From NCBI GenBank assembly GCA_024137785.1, contig JAHRHZ010000034.1, positions 23,417,335 to 23,481,334 of the forward strand: DNA of 64,000 nt. Reading direction: 5' to 3'. Numbering within the stretch: the stretch's first letter is position 1; each line of letters opens with the position of its first letter. Under the pieces are notes generated by a model. That model was not told the DNA's origin. It worked only from the letters and a program-made list of their open reading frames with translations, and ran no database searches. The translations under genes were made by a program, and so were the position numbers. This DNA comes from Ginglymostoma cirratum (taxonomy: Eukaryota). Positions 39,640-51,734 of the stretch are shown here, in pieces.

Positions 39640-40125
39640 CACAAGCAAGTAAACTCCTGACTAAGGTCTGTCCACCACCTAAAAGAACAAGGAAGGAGTG
39701 TCAGGGACTACTACTTGTCTCAATGAGTTCTCCAAAAAGCACTTAAAGAAGCTTGATGCTGTTCAGGACAAAGCATCCAGCTTGACTGACATCCCACTAA
39801 CCAACTCAAACATTCACTGCCTCCCAATTACTGGTCCACATTGATAACAATGTGCATCATCCACAAGATACAGTGCAGCAACTCATCAAGCCTCCTTTGT
39901 TTGCAGCTTACAAAGCCCATGACCTTTACCACCTGGAAGGACAAGAGTAGAAGGTACATGGGAACATCACCAACCCTAATCACACACCATCCTGACAAGA
40001 AAATTAATTGCAGTGCCTTTATCATCACGGGGTTCAAATCTCAGACAGCTCATTAATGAAGAGAGCTGTCACCTTCTCAAGGACCACAAATGCAAACCTA
40101 GCCAGCAATACCCATGTCCCACGAA
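39640..40125 (+). mobile_element. LINE-B 3' fragment
   Basis: aagaagcttgatgctgttcaggacaaagcatcc...acaagatacagtgcagcaactc...caccttctcaagg. Confidence 0.65.
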
Positions 40126-40529
40126 CATAGGATGAATTTCCGTTTGTCATTGGCCAGGTGCTGTTTCTCATGTGGGTACACCATAAACTACCATACATCA
40201 TCTAGACAACACAAGCTGTATTGCCTGCTTGTGCCCCATGTGCTGCCTTATATGCAGCATAGAACATACTTTTTTTGAGGAGAAACTCCAAATGTAAATA
40301 GCACATTTCTTTGCGAGGAATTGCCCCCCATTTCTGCTGAGTATAGACCATGCAGGAATCTCGTTGCAAAAAAAAAAACAATTGTCATACACGCTGGGTC
40401 AAACGTTTTGCCATGATTTACGGAAAATCATTCAGATCCTAAAAGTTCATGTTTCATCTGTGTAGTTCTCAGTTGCAGCAAAAATAGCTTTATCGCATTG
40501 GGTATAATAATCAGCTAGGCTGTTTGTGA

Positions 40530-41120
40530 ATTTTTGATTCATTTCGGGGATCATGGTTCACTGGCTGTGCCAGCATTTATTGATGATCCCTAGTTGCCCT
40601 CCATCATGAACTACTACAGTCCACGTGCTGTAGACAGACCCCCAGTGTCATGAGGGACGGAGTGCCAGGATTTTGACCCAGAAACTGCTTGAACAACAAT
40701 ACATTTCCACGTCAGGACTGAGAGTGGACTGGGTGTTAAATTTGCAGATGGAGGTGTTCCTATGTGTATGCCACCCCCAACCTTTGAGATGGAAGTGGTC
40801 ATGGGGTTGGAAGGTGTTGTCTGAGGAGACATGGTGAATTTCTGCAGTGTATCTTGAAGATGGTACACACTGCTGCTACTGGACGTCAGTGGCAGAGGGA
40901 GTGAATCTTTCTGGAAGTTGTACCAATCAAGTTGATAGATTGGACATGGACTGCTACAGAATCTGAATGGAATCACGAATGGTGCTTAATCAGCAAACAA
41001 ACTCGCTCTGACCTGGATGGTGTTCAATTCCATGAGTATTTATGCACCTGTACTCATTCAGGCAAATGCAGCATATTCCATTGCACCCCACCATGTACCA
41101 TGGAGATGGTGGAGAGCTGA
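40530..41120 (-). mobile_element. LINE-B 3' fragment
   Basis: ccagcatttattg...ggattttgacccag...tggtgaatttctgcagtgtatcttgaagatggtacacactgctgc; matches 18240-18900. Confidence 0.65.
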
Positions 41121-42212
41121 GGCTTTGCACAGCTGGGAGGTGAACCGTTTCATACAAAATGCTTGATATCTTCGGGTTGCCCTGGATTTATAAGGTTGAT
41201 GCTGTTGAGTGTCTGGGCGATAATGAGGGGTGGGTGGTGAGTTACCACCTACTTGACAAACAGGAAATCAGAAACAGAATGAAGTCAAATGCATAGATTT
41301 ATCTTTGTTACAAATGTGCACAATAAGGTTTGCTAAAGAATTCATGTCTTAGTCAGGGAAAGGCACATCTCATTTGAGAGTGGGTTGTTGGAACTCTCTC
41401 CCTTGGTAGCTGTAAATCTGACAAAGCCTTATTTAACATGTGAATTACTTGCTTAATTCTGGACCATGGCCTTTGATCAAAAGATCAAATGGATTTGTTT
41501 TAATTAGTAGCCTGGTTTCTTTGATGTGAAAGAAATGGTTTGTTCTTTTACTGTGGATGACAGCACATAATGATCTGGCCTCATTTTATATTGATGTTAA
41601 AAGACACGCTTAGGCCCCTACTTGGGGTATAAGCTGACTGCCTTTTCTGCTAAGAACTGCTATGCTCATACTAGGAGTTATCCTCAGATTTTTTTTATCT
41701 CTATGTTTGACTTGCCGTATAAGGTGGTACATTGAGTCAGGCAGTAATACTAGTGAGATGTGTAGAAGACACACACACTTATTGGTGCAGCAGGTTCAAA
41801 GGGCCAAATGGTCTGCTCCTGCTCTTATAATCTACTTTTTCTATATCTGTACAAAGTAAACAACAAATAGAAACAGTTCCATCAGCAAAAAGAATTAGGT
41901 AGTTTCAAGCTAAACACATTGTTTGCTAAATTGTCCGATAACAGAACTGCAGCAAGTGAATTTGGTGTTAATAAAAAGCTAGATCAAGAATGGAAGACAA
42001 CGACACCCAATACCAAATCCACCAGGAAAATATTCACTGGTCTGACTTAAAGAAGCGTGAATTAATATGTATCCTAGTTATTTCATTCCCAAAAAATGTA
42101 ATGCACTTAATAGGCACTTAAATGGGTCGAATCAAACCTGCGTCCAACAAAGATTTCCGAGATAGTTGGCACAGCTGTTTTATGAAACAATGATATCTCA
42201 TATTGTAATAGA

Positions 42213-42570
42213 GGCGACAGCCCAGTGATATTATCGCTGGACTGTTAATCCAGAAACCCAGATAACATTCTGGGGACCCAGGTTCAAATCCTGCCATGGA
42301 AGATGGTGGAATTTGAATTCAATAAAACATCTGGAATTAAGAATCTAATGATGACTGTGAATCCATTGTCGACTGTTGGAAAAACCCACCTGGTTTGCTA
42401 ATGTCCTTTAGGGAAGGCAACCGCCATCCTTACCTGGTCTGGCCTACATGTGACTCCAGACCCACAGCAATGTGGTTGACTCTGAACTGCCCTCTGGGCA
42501 ATTAGGGATGGGCAATAAATGCTGCCTAGCCAGCGATGCCCACATCCCGTTAAAGAATAATGAAAAAAAA
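42213..42570 (+). mobile_element. SINE-C copy (well preserved), inside the pogo fossil
   Basis: B box ggttcaaatcc; ccttacctggtctggcctacatgtgactccagacccacagcaatgtggttgactc; tail gggcaattagggatgggcaataaatgctgcctagccagcgatgcccacatccc; poly-A. Confidence 0.9.
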
Positions 42571-42989
42571 AGACTAGGATTGCTCAGAAACTTGCAAAAG
42601 ACCTCCATGCCAAAATGACCAGTTTTCAGTGATTCATCATCAAGACAGCAGCAGAAACAGAAGCACCCATTATGTCACGTCAGCAACATGGATGAACTGT
42701 GAATTTGGATATGCTCAGCAAGTGAACCGTGGAGCGAAAAAGTTCGAATGAAAACAACAGGACAGTGGTATGAGCCTACACTGTTGACGGAACAACATGA
42801 AAGTTTATGGAAATTTTTAAACGTAGAACCATACTGAAATTCAAGTTCTCAGCAGGAGATTTTGTACATTTCCATGACAACGGTTGGATGGATGAGGATG
42901 GAGTGAGTTACAGATTGATAATGTGTGGAATATCTGTCACAGTGACCCAGCTAACAAATGCAGCTTATTAGTGTGGGACATATTCCAAT

Positions 42990-43192
42990 CCAGACCATAG
43001 GGATGACGTTTCATTAGAGAGAGTGTAGCTGGTGGTGTTCGAACCTGAGGATCGCCACAACTCCAGCAAGGGGAGAGATTGAGAAAGAGAATGCTTTGTA
43101 ATAACCTCAGCAGCTATGGCTATTGAACACACACTTTTGGTATCATTCGGCATCATAAACCTTACTTCTGGCCAACTGAGCTAACTAACCCT
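42990..43192 (-). mobile_element. SINE-D copy, inside the pogo fossil
   Basis: Homologous to 14858-15082 (tcattagaga...taacctcagc...aactgagctaactaaccc). Confidence 0.7.
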
Positions 43193-44159
43193 CACAATCC
43201 TATATAACCCTGTGTATGTAATTTCATATGTATTGTAGTTATACCAGGGGTTTAATGTGTGTAGCTCAAGCTTTGGATGCGCCTCTCAAAAAAAAGCCTA
43301 TCGAGGATCATTTTTGCACTCAGTGGAGAATTGATGGAGAAAAACTCTTCATAGAGAGTGGAAATGCACTTGCTGCTGCATTTGATGTTCTGCGTGGTTT
43401 TCATCGTCAAAAAGCGGGAAGTTATTAATGCACAAGGATCGTCATCCGATCATTCAAAAGTGCCAAATATCCAATTCAACAGATGGAGAGGAAGTGGATT
43501 TGTTGTGGATCGATGATTCTGAAACCAAAAGTACCACATCTGATCCAGCGCGAGATCATTATGATGGTACCATAGCCATTGTGTCTCAGAATGAATTCAA
43601 TTAACTCTTTGCATTTGATCCTGCAGACGAACAGCTTGACTTTTTATTTGTGGTAAACATACACGTAATGAATTCATACAATAAAACATGCCATAATATT
43701 TGAAATACCCGTGGGTTTTTCCTATATATCAAAATGCTGACCAGTGACACCACAATTCACATTTTATACTTGGCGCACAAGTTGACACCGTCTTTGAGAT
43801 GATTTTTTTTTGAAGTTTCAAAGGGCGACTCTTACGCTGTGATCTATGGTAGATCATTAAAGGTCAGCAGAGCAAAACAGAAAATATTGACGTGTTCTTC
43901 GAACAATCTAACCTGTTGAAGTTGTTTAAAAATCAGCTTTTGAACACAGTTTTCCCAACCACTTACTTGGGTGATGTAAAGTTGTTTGCATACTCTCAGT
44001 TTATTGCTATAAAATTAACAGAGCTAACAAACACACATCTGTTTCGGCAGTTCCTCAAGTTGACTCACACCACATAGACCCATTCATCCATTTCACTCAA
44101 TAAATTTTGCGTCGGAAAGTTATGAAACTCTCCTTGCCATATTTTTTTGTCTTCAATGA

Positions 44160-44512
44160 GGGACGCCAACAGCCTAGTGATATTATCATTAGACTGTTAA
44201 TTGATAGACCTAGGGAAGGCTGTGGGGACCCAGTTTTGAATCCTTCCACAGTTAGTGGAATTTGAGTTCAATAGAAGACTGTAATTAAGAGTCTTTTGAT
44301 AACTGTGAATCCACTGTCGAATGTTGGAAAAATCCATCTGGTTCACTCATGTCCTTTGGTGAAGGAAACTGTCATCTTCCTTGGTCTGGTGTACATATGA
44401 CTCCAGACCCACAGCAATGTGGTTGACTCTTAACTGCCCTCCAGATAATTAGGGATGGGCAATAAATGCTGGCCTAGCTAGCGACGCCCACATCTCATGA
44501 ATGAATAAAAAA
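44160..44512 (+). mobile_element. SINE-C copy
   Basis: Same body and tail (agggatgggcaataaatgctggcctagctagcgacgcccacatctcatgaatgaataaaaaa). Confidence 0.85.
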
Positions 44513-44805
44513 TGTAGCATAAAGTAGGGTGGATAAAACAGGGATCGAAACATGACAAGAACCCCTGTACGGACTGGACTGGATCTCAGTGACCATGAGC
44601 CGAAAAGCTGGGGACAATCGCAACACAGCAACTTGGGGGGCAGGCCTGGCAAATTTTTCTGTCCTTTCTTGCAGCTAATAAGCTGGCCACCAGCAGCGGT
44701 GGCAGCTCTTCAGTCCTGGCAGCACCGCTAGGAACAGTGCCCACTACTCAAACTACATCTTGCTGAGCCACTCCTAGATAGACAAGCAAACGAATAGATG
44801 TCAGG

Positions 44806-44990
44806 GATAACAAGGTGTGGGGCTGGATGAACACAGCAGGCCAAGCAGCATCATAGGAACAGGAAAGCTTGACGTTTCGGGCCTAAATGTCAAGCTTTCC
44901 TGCTCCTATGATGCTGCTTGGCCTGCTGTGTTCATCCAGCCCCACACCTTGTTATCCCGGATTCTCCAGCATCTCCAGTACCTTTTATCT
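44806..44990. mobile_element. 185-bp fold-back PLE-A terminal-repeat insertion
   Basis: Arms of about 70 nt (44804-44873 versus 44889-44958) are near-perfect reverse complements. Flanked by the 15-bp direct repeat cgaatagatgtcagg (44791-44805 and 44991-45005). Confidence 0.9.
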
Positions 44991-45695
44991 CGAATAGATG
45001 TCAGGCATCACCGAGGCCAGTCAGGCAGGTCTTGGTGAGGGGGAACCTGGGGGCATGGTTGCTAAAGGCAATAGGTCATTAGCGCATAAGTGGCCGTGAC
45101 CACTGATCACACAGAGTGCAATCCTCGCACCTTGAGTCCATAGTGAGGCTTCCCAAGTTTAACACAGCTTGCCGCGTGGCCCAGGACGCCCCTCGTGGTG
45201 AGATGCCAGTGGCCGTAAGTTGCACAATCTGCCCCTGGGCAGGAGGGCTGTTCTTGCTGAATGCCAGCACGACAGGAATGCAAAGGTTCCTCCAAACTCT
45301 GTCTTCCTTCCGGATTTTTGACCCCTACTTTCAACTTCTATTATGCTTCAGACAGCGCCACTGTCTTAACCCCAATCTTACAAGGATAGTTTTGTTTAAT
45401 ACCCACCACATGGTGGAGTGAAAATTAACATGAACTTTGCAAATTCCTTGCTGGAGAAACCAAAGAACTTTTTCAGAATTGTTTAAATCACATTTTTACA
45501 AACAATACAATGATTAAAAGGAAATATATCAACAGAAATAAAAATTTCAAATGCATCTTCAATTTTTCAATAAGAAAGCAATTCTAAATTACTTCCTCAC
45601 TACATAGAAATTTAATCATTTCTATGTAGTGCTAACTGTATTCTAACTGTGCTATGTCTGCTAACTGTATTCTGGCACATTTTGAGAACCTGTCT

Positions 45696-48169
45696 AAGAT
45701 AACAAGCATGGGTCTGGATGAACACAGCAGGTCAAGCAGCATCATAGGAGCAGAAAAACTTGCCGTTTCGGGCCTAAACCCTTCATCAGAAATGGGGGAG
45801 GGGAAGAGGGTTCTGAAATAAATAGGGAGAGAGGGGGAGGCGGATAGAGGATGGATAGAGGAGAGGATAGGTGGAGAGGAGGCAGACAAGTCGAAGAGGC
45901 GGGGATGGAGCCAGTAAAGGTGAGTGTAGGTAGGGGGTAGGGAGGAGATAGGTCAGTCCAGGGAGGACGGACAGGTCAAGGGGGCGGGATGATGTTAGTA
46001 GATAGGAGATGGGGGTGTGGCTTGAGGTGAGAGGAAAAACAGGTTAGGGAGGTGGAGATGAGCTGGGCTGGTTTTGGGATGCGGTTGGGGGAGGGGAGAT
46101 TTTGAAGCTTGTGAAATCCACATTGATACCATTGGGCTGCAGGGTTCCCAGGCTGAATATGATTTGCTGTTCCTGCAGCCTTCGGGTGGCATCACTGTGG
46201 CATTGCAGGAGGCCCAGGATGGACATGTCATCTGAGGAATGGGAGGGGGAGTTGAAATGGTTCGCGACTGGGAGGTGCAGTTGTTTGTTGCGAACTGAGC
46301 GCAGGTGTTCTGCAAAGCGGTCCCCAAGCCTCCGCTTGGTTTCCCCGATGTAGAGGAAGCCACAACGGGTACAGCGGATGCAGTATACCACATTGGCAGA
46401 TGTGCAGGTGAACATCTGCCTGATGTGGAAAGTCTTCTTGGGGCCTGGGATTGGGGTGAGGGAGGTGGTGTGGGGGCAGGTGTAGCACTTCCACACAAGG
46501 AAAAGTGCCGGGTGTGGTGGGGCTGGAGGGGAGTGTGGAGCGGACAAGGGAGTCGCGGAGGGAGTGGTCCCTCCGGAAGGCAGATAAGGGTGGGGAGGGA
46601 AAAATGTCTTTGGTGGTGGGGTCTGATTGCAGATGGCGGAAGTGTCGGAGGATGATGCGTTGGATCCGGAGGTTGGTGGGGTGGTATGTGAGGACGAGGG
46701 GGATTCTTTTTTGATTATTGTTGCGGGGACGGGGCGTGAGGGATGTGTTCCGGGAAATGCGGGAGACACGGTCGAGGGCGTTCTCGACCACTGTGGGGGG
46801 GAAGTTGCGGTCCTTGAAGAATGAGGACATTTGAGATGTGCGGGAGTGGAATGTCTCATCCTGGGAGCAGATGCGGCGGAGGCGAAGGAATTGGGAATAG
46901 GGGATGGCATTTTTGCAGGAGGGTGGGTGGGAGGAGGTGTATTCCAGGTAGCCGTGGGAGTCAGTGGGCTTGAAATGGACATCTGTCTCTCGGTGGTTGC
47001 CCGAGATGGAGACAGAGAGGTCCAGGAAGGAGAGAGAAGTGTTGGAGATGGTCCAGGTGAACTTCAGGTTGGGGTGGAAGATGTTGGTGAAGTGGATGAA
47101 CTGTTTGAGCTCCTCGTGGGAGCACGAGGCGGCGCCGATGCAGTCATCAATGTAACGGAGGAAGAGATGGGGTTTAGGGCCAGTGTAGGTACGGAAGAGG
47201 GATTGTTCCACGTAACCTACAAAGAGGCAGGCATAGCTTGGGCCCATACGGGTACCCATGGCCACCCCCTTTGTCTGTAGGAAGTGGGAGGAATTGAAAG
47301 AAAAGTTGTTGAGGGTGAGGACGAGTTCGGCTAGGCGGATGAGGGTGTCGGTGGAGGGGGATTGGTCCGTTCTGCGGGACAGGAAGAAGCGGAGGGCCTT
47401 TAGGCCATCAGCATGGGGAATACAGGTATATAGGGACTGGACGTCCATAGTAAAAATGAGGTGTTGGGGACCTGGGAATTGGAAGTTCTGGAGGAGGTGG
47501 AGGGCGTGGGTGGTGTCACGGACGTAGGTAGGGAGTTCCTGGACCAAGGGGGTGAAAATGGAGTCTAGGTAGGTGGAGATGAGTTCGGTGGGGCAGGAGC
47601 AGGCGGAGACAATGGGTCGACCAGGGCATTCAGGTTTGTGGATTTTGGGGAGGAGACAGAAGCCGGCGGTGCGGGGTTGGGGAATGATGAGGTTGGAGGC
47701 GGTGGGTGGGAGGTCACCTGAGGTGATGAGGTTGTGGATGGTTTGGGAGATGATGGTTTGGTGCTCGGGGGTGGGGTCATGATCTCGGGGGCGGTAGGAG
47801 GAGGTGTCAGAGAGTTGGCGCTTGGCCTCAGCAATGTAGAGGTCAGTGCGCCATACTACGACTGCCCCTCCCTTGTCTGCGGGTTTTATGGTGAGGTTGG
47901 GATTGGAGTGGAGGGAGCGGAGGGCTGCACGTTCTGCAGTGGAGAGGTTGGAGTGTTTGAGAGGGGTAGAGAGGTTGAGGCGATTGATGTCTCGACGGCA
48001 GTTGGAGATGAAGAGGTCGAGGGAGGGTAGGAGGCCTTGGGGTGGTGTCCAGGAGGAGGGCTTGTGTTGGAGGCGGGAGAAGGGGTCAGTAGAGGGAGGG
48101 TTAGATTCGCGGTTGGAGAAGTAAGCGTAGAGGTGGAGGCGGAGGCGGCGGAAAAACTGCTCAATATCC
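45696..48169 (-). mobile_element. Penelope-like retroelement (PLE-A), 5'-truncated, RT + GIY-YIG
   Basis: RT motifs KPADKGG, LPKIHK, GRPIVS, DVQSLYT, QTKGVAMG, RYIDD, FLD. GIY-YIG segment VVYCIRCTRCGFLYIGETKRRLGDRFAEH. One frameshift near 46490. 14-bp direct repeat ttgagaacctgtct at 45682-45695 and 48170-48183. Confidence 0.95.
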
Positions 48170-49199
48170 TTGAGAACCTGTCTGACAGGTTGTAAGGTGG
48201 GCAACAATTGTTCAAGAGCTCTAATGATTACACTGAGAGCAGCAAAAGGCAATGACTGTGGCTATGTTGTTGCTGCTAAGTTCAAACACCTCCGAACGCC
48301 TCATACTGTCTTTAGTTTCAGATGAAGGGACAGGTAAAAGCAGCACTGCATTTTCCAACAGACACTGATGGCCAGTGACTATCAAAACAGGACCCTGATG
48401 TAATGTGGATGGCATCAATAGCAGTTGGAATGCACAGTCGGATTTTCAGTATTTAAAGGTGGTCTGAGCAAAGTACAAAAATACAAGCAGTCCCCATGTT
48501 GCAAACGGGGTCCGAGTCCATTCGCAAGTCGATTTGTACACAAGTCAAAACACAATGCAGGTCAGTACAAAGCAGCCATTCACAAGTACAGGAAATGTTC
48601 ATATGTCAGATATTTAAAATTACACCATGTATTGGATCAGGATCATAAGTACATGCATTCACAAGTTGCATAAATCAGGAACGCCTGTAATGTAATCGAC
48701 GTTCCTTGTCATGAAATATCAACCTTGGCATTGGAACTGATGAAGGCCCGAGATAGAGAGATTACATTCTAATGGCAGGTCAAAAACCGGAAACATGTAA
48801 CTATTTCTCCCCTCACAGATGTTGCCAGATTTCCTGGCAATCTCACATTTTCTGAGTTTATTTCAAATTTCCAGTATCTTCAGTATTTCACTTAAGTGCA
48901 AGGAATTCTCATCACTTGTATAGATGAGATGGCCACTAGTAATAACTGCACAAACCGATGATTATTGAGGACAGTGCTGCAATTAACTGATGTGTTCAAC
49001 AATCAAATTAGCTGGGCTTAAACATAAAGATGGTCATTTGGCTGCAGTAATATCAACTTGCAACACATTAAATTAGAAGTTTATGTTCCTGATAACCATA
49101 CGTGCATTAACAAGGATACAACGTAACTAATGCATCATTAAGTTTCAATACGAACTCTTTGTCAAAACTATTTCTCGGTTAGAAAGGCAATCCACAAAC

Positions 49200-50080
49200 A
49201 AAATTCAATATGGTGAAGGTTTGCTAAGTTTATAAAGGCTCCGGTCAGGGTGCATTTTAAGTACTCGGTACAGTTTTGTAGTCTCCACACTATAAACAAT
49301 ATACATAGACTGAAGAAAATGCAAAGAAGATTTACAAAGATTGTACCAGAGCAAAGGCATTACCACCACTAGGAATAGGTGATGAGTTTTGATTTTGGAA
49401 AAGAAATGGCTTAAAGGAAACCTTATGGGCTGGAATTATGAATGGACTGGACAGGGTAAATTTGGAATGAATTTTTTCACTTGAGATGGAATCCAAAACT
49501 TGAGGCCATGAATCTGAAATAGCTACAGGCACAGTGCCTCAGATCCAGCTCCTTCAGGATCAAAGTTGAGCAACCGAGTGGTCCAAGCCATAGGCAGCTC
49601 AGGTCAAGACAGGTCGGGGGCAGACAAGGGTCACTTGAAGCACAGCGTAGATCAGTGTGAGAAGCTAATAACTAGTGTGGGGCCATACAGTACTAATACA
49701 GGGCCAAACTGAATTGTCCAAGTTTTTTTTTTTCATTTTGCTCGATTACAATTGATCCATGAAAATTTATGAAAATATTCGGTTTTCAGTTAACTAAATT
49801 TGAAGCACTCTTCCTGTACTAATAAATCCACTCGGGAAAGAAAGAGACATTTCTTTCCTCAGAAGCAGTTACAATGGGGTCATACAACCATGGAAGTGGT
49901 TGACACAAATGGTTTTGATCCTTCCAAATGGAAATTAGATGAGTGCAGAAGAGAAAAAGGCACCAATAGAAATCCTGAAAGCCTGAGATAAGGGAAATGA
50001 AACAAGAGATGTTTAGTATGGAGTATTAAGATTAGCAGAGATTAGTTGGATTGCATGGCCTTTTCTTTCCTATAAATTCC
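49200..50080 (+). mobile_element. Highly degraded, interrupted CR1 3' region
   Basis: tttataaaggctccggtcagggtgcattttaagtactcggtacagttttg...gcaaagaagatttacaaag (LYK..VR..LEY.VQF-like). Confidence 0.4.
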
Positions 50081-50589
50081 CTATAATACAAAATGATCAA
50101 ATGATATAGTAAGTACTCAAATGTTCTCCCAGCAAAGCAGCTTCAAGTGGAGTCAAAGCCAAGATAATGGGTGCAGTGAACGATGGCAACAATTTTCTTT
50201 TAACAAGTCTGTAAAAATTGACACTACACCTGAATCACTGATTATCTGCACAAAACAAAAAAATCCAACATCCAAAGTTTGAACCAAAATCGGCCTCTCC
50301 CAGAGCAAACAGCCTCCAAAAGAATCCACATGACAGACCGCCCAAAGACACATTCAACCATTAAACGATAAAACCACTTTTTAAAATAAAAGTTGGATTT
50401 TTTTTTGCAGGCACCAGATGACTATAAGCAAACCTGCTGATAAAAAACAGACTTCATGTGTGTAACATATTTCAACCTTTGCGTACACGCAGATGACAAA
50501 TCTGACAGGATGCTGAAAACAACATTGAGCATGTGCAGGAAAACATGACATCTTGCCGTCTGGGGGCTACATTTTTTTAAAAAAAAGAA

Positions 50590-51020
50590 AAACAGAGTTG
50601 CATCTGTACAGTGCCTTTAATAACCACCAGATATCTCAAAGCATCTTATAGGCAATTAAGTACCTTTGGAGGACCATCTCTTTTAACATAGAAAATGTAG
50701 TAGACGAATTGGCACACAGCAAGGTCACACAAACATGTGACAATGACCAGCTGATGCTGATTCAGAGATGAACATTGGTCAGGACACCAGCATGATTCCC
50801 CTGTTTTTCATTAAAATAGCACAAAGGGATTTATTACGTCATCCAAGAGGTCAAATGGGGTTTCAGTTTAACACCTCATCAGTAAAATCCACAGTACACC
50901 ACTCCTTTAATACTGTAGTGGAGTGTCAGCTTTTTTTTTTGGTCTAATCCATCTCTGGGCCTTAAACCCACAACTTTCGAACTCAGAGAGAAGAGTCTTA
51001 TCAATTGAACCACAAGTGAT
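50590..51020 (-). mobile_element. Deu-domain SINE, old
   Basis: ttgcatctgtacagtgccttt...cattggtcaggacaccagcatgattcccctg...gggatttattacgtcatccaagag...gtttaacacctcatc is the reverse of the Deu SINE layout. Confidence 0.65.
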
Positions 51021-51734
51021 ACCAAGTTAAGCTTTTCATTTCTCAGAATTAATCCACCTCTGCAAATTCCATAAATCATTGGCTCGGAGTTGATTACCAG
51101 CAGATAAGTCACAGGGGAGGAGGTGATCTGACATGGTCTGAACTGTGGTGGATAACAGGAGTTTGGAGGAGAAAACATTCTGAGCTAAATGCTGCCATTA
51201 TTTCAAACACACATGTAAATGCACAGTAATTTCTCACTTCAATTTTTTGCTTGAACTGGTGGCTTCTTACAAAAACGAAGTTTGCGTCACTTTGTGCCGG
51301 AAAAGTCTTTTCAGTGTCGTATCCACAGCTTTAAAAGAAGACACTTCTGTTCCTGATTGGAATGGGTTTTATGTAAATTTTAAGTACATTTTTGGTCATA
51401 GTTAGTAACACAGCACTTTCCAGGTTGCTACAAAAAAGATCAGCTTAGGGAATAAAAAGGTAGCTTGGATTCAGGAAAACTGAAAATTCATCATCTCTCA
51501 CTAATATAATTCCTTCCCGTTGCAGCTAAGTATCTTCAGCCCAAGGGATTATCCAACTTGTGGGCAGTCAATCAAATGCTGACCCAGCCAATGATGCTCA
51601 TATCTCCACAAGTGAATTAAAAAATATCAGGGCTGAACAGTATGTCATTACCAGCATGCAATGTTGGTGAAATTGACCTACTGTTGCACGGGAAAGCTAA
51701 ATTTCAACCAAGCTGAAACATTCCATGTCCAAAT

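Larger units (their letters stand above)
41610..43851 (+). pseudogene. Fossil pogo-family (POGK/Tigger-like) DNA transposase with two nested SINEs
   Basis: Hand-translated interrupted frames: FKL...NRTAASEFGVNKKLDQEWK (about 41900-41997); TRIAQKLAKDL; SNMDE; TVDGT...IFKRRT...FSAGDFVHFHDNGWMDEDGV (about 42770-42905); VIPG...QALD.PLKKPIEDH; IRSFK...SNSTDGEE. Possible right end ...gatctatgg|TA at 43849. Confidence 0.75.

Noticed and set aside
46044-48215. Many overlapping Pro/Ser- or Gly-rich ORFs (also at 60814-62358)
   Set aside because: These are alternative-frame and antisense by-products of the C-rich PLE coding strand.
46228-48252. 674-aa ORF as an intact host gene or a host-TE fusion
   Set aside because: It starts at TTG in flanking DNA beyond the TSD, and its C-terminus is out of frame after the deletion near 46490. 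The nearby cryptic AG acceptors I checked are phase 0 or 2, whereas CCNY intron 1 is phase 1, so no in-frame fusion is apparent.
48737-48890. ctgatgaaggccc followed by a PLE-B-like remnant, as another hammerhead
   Set aside because: No properly spaced stem II and GAAA; too degraded to call.
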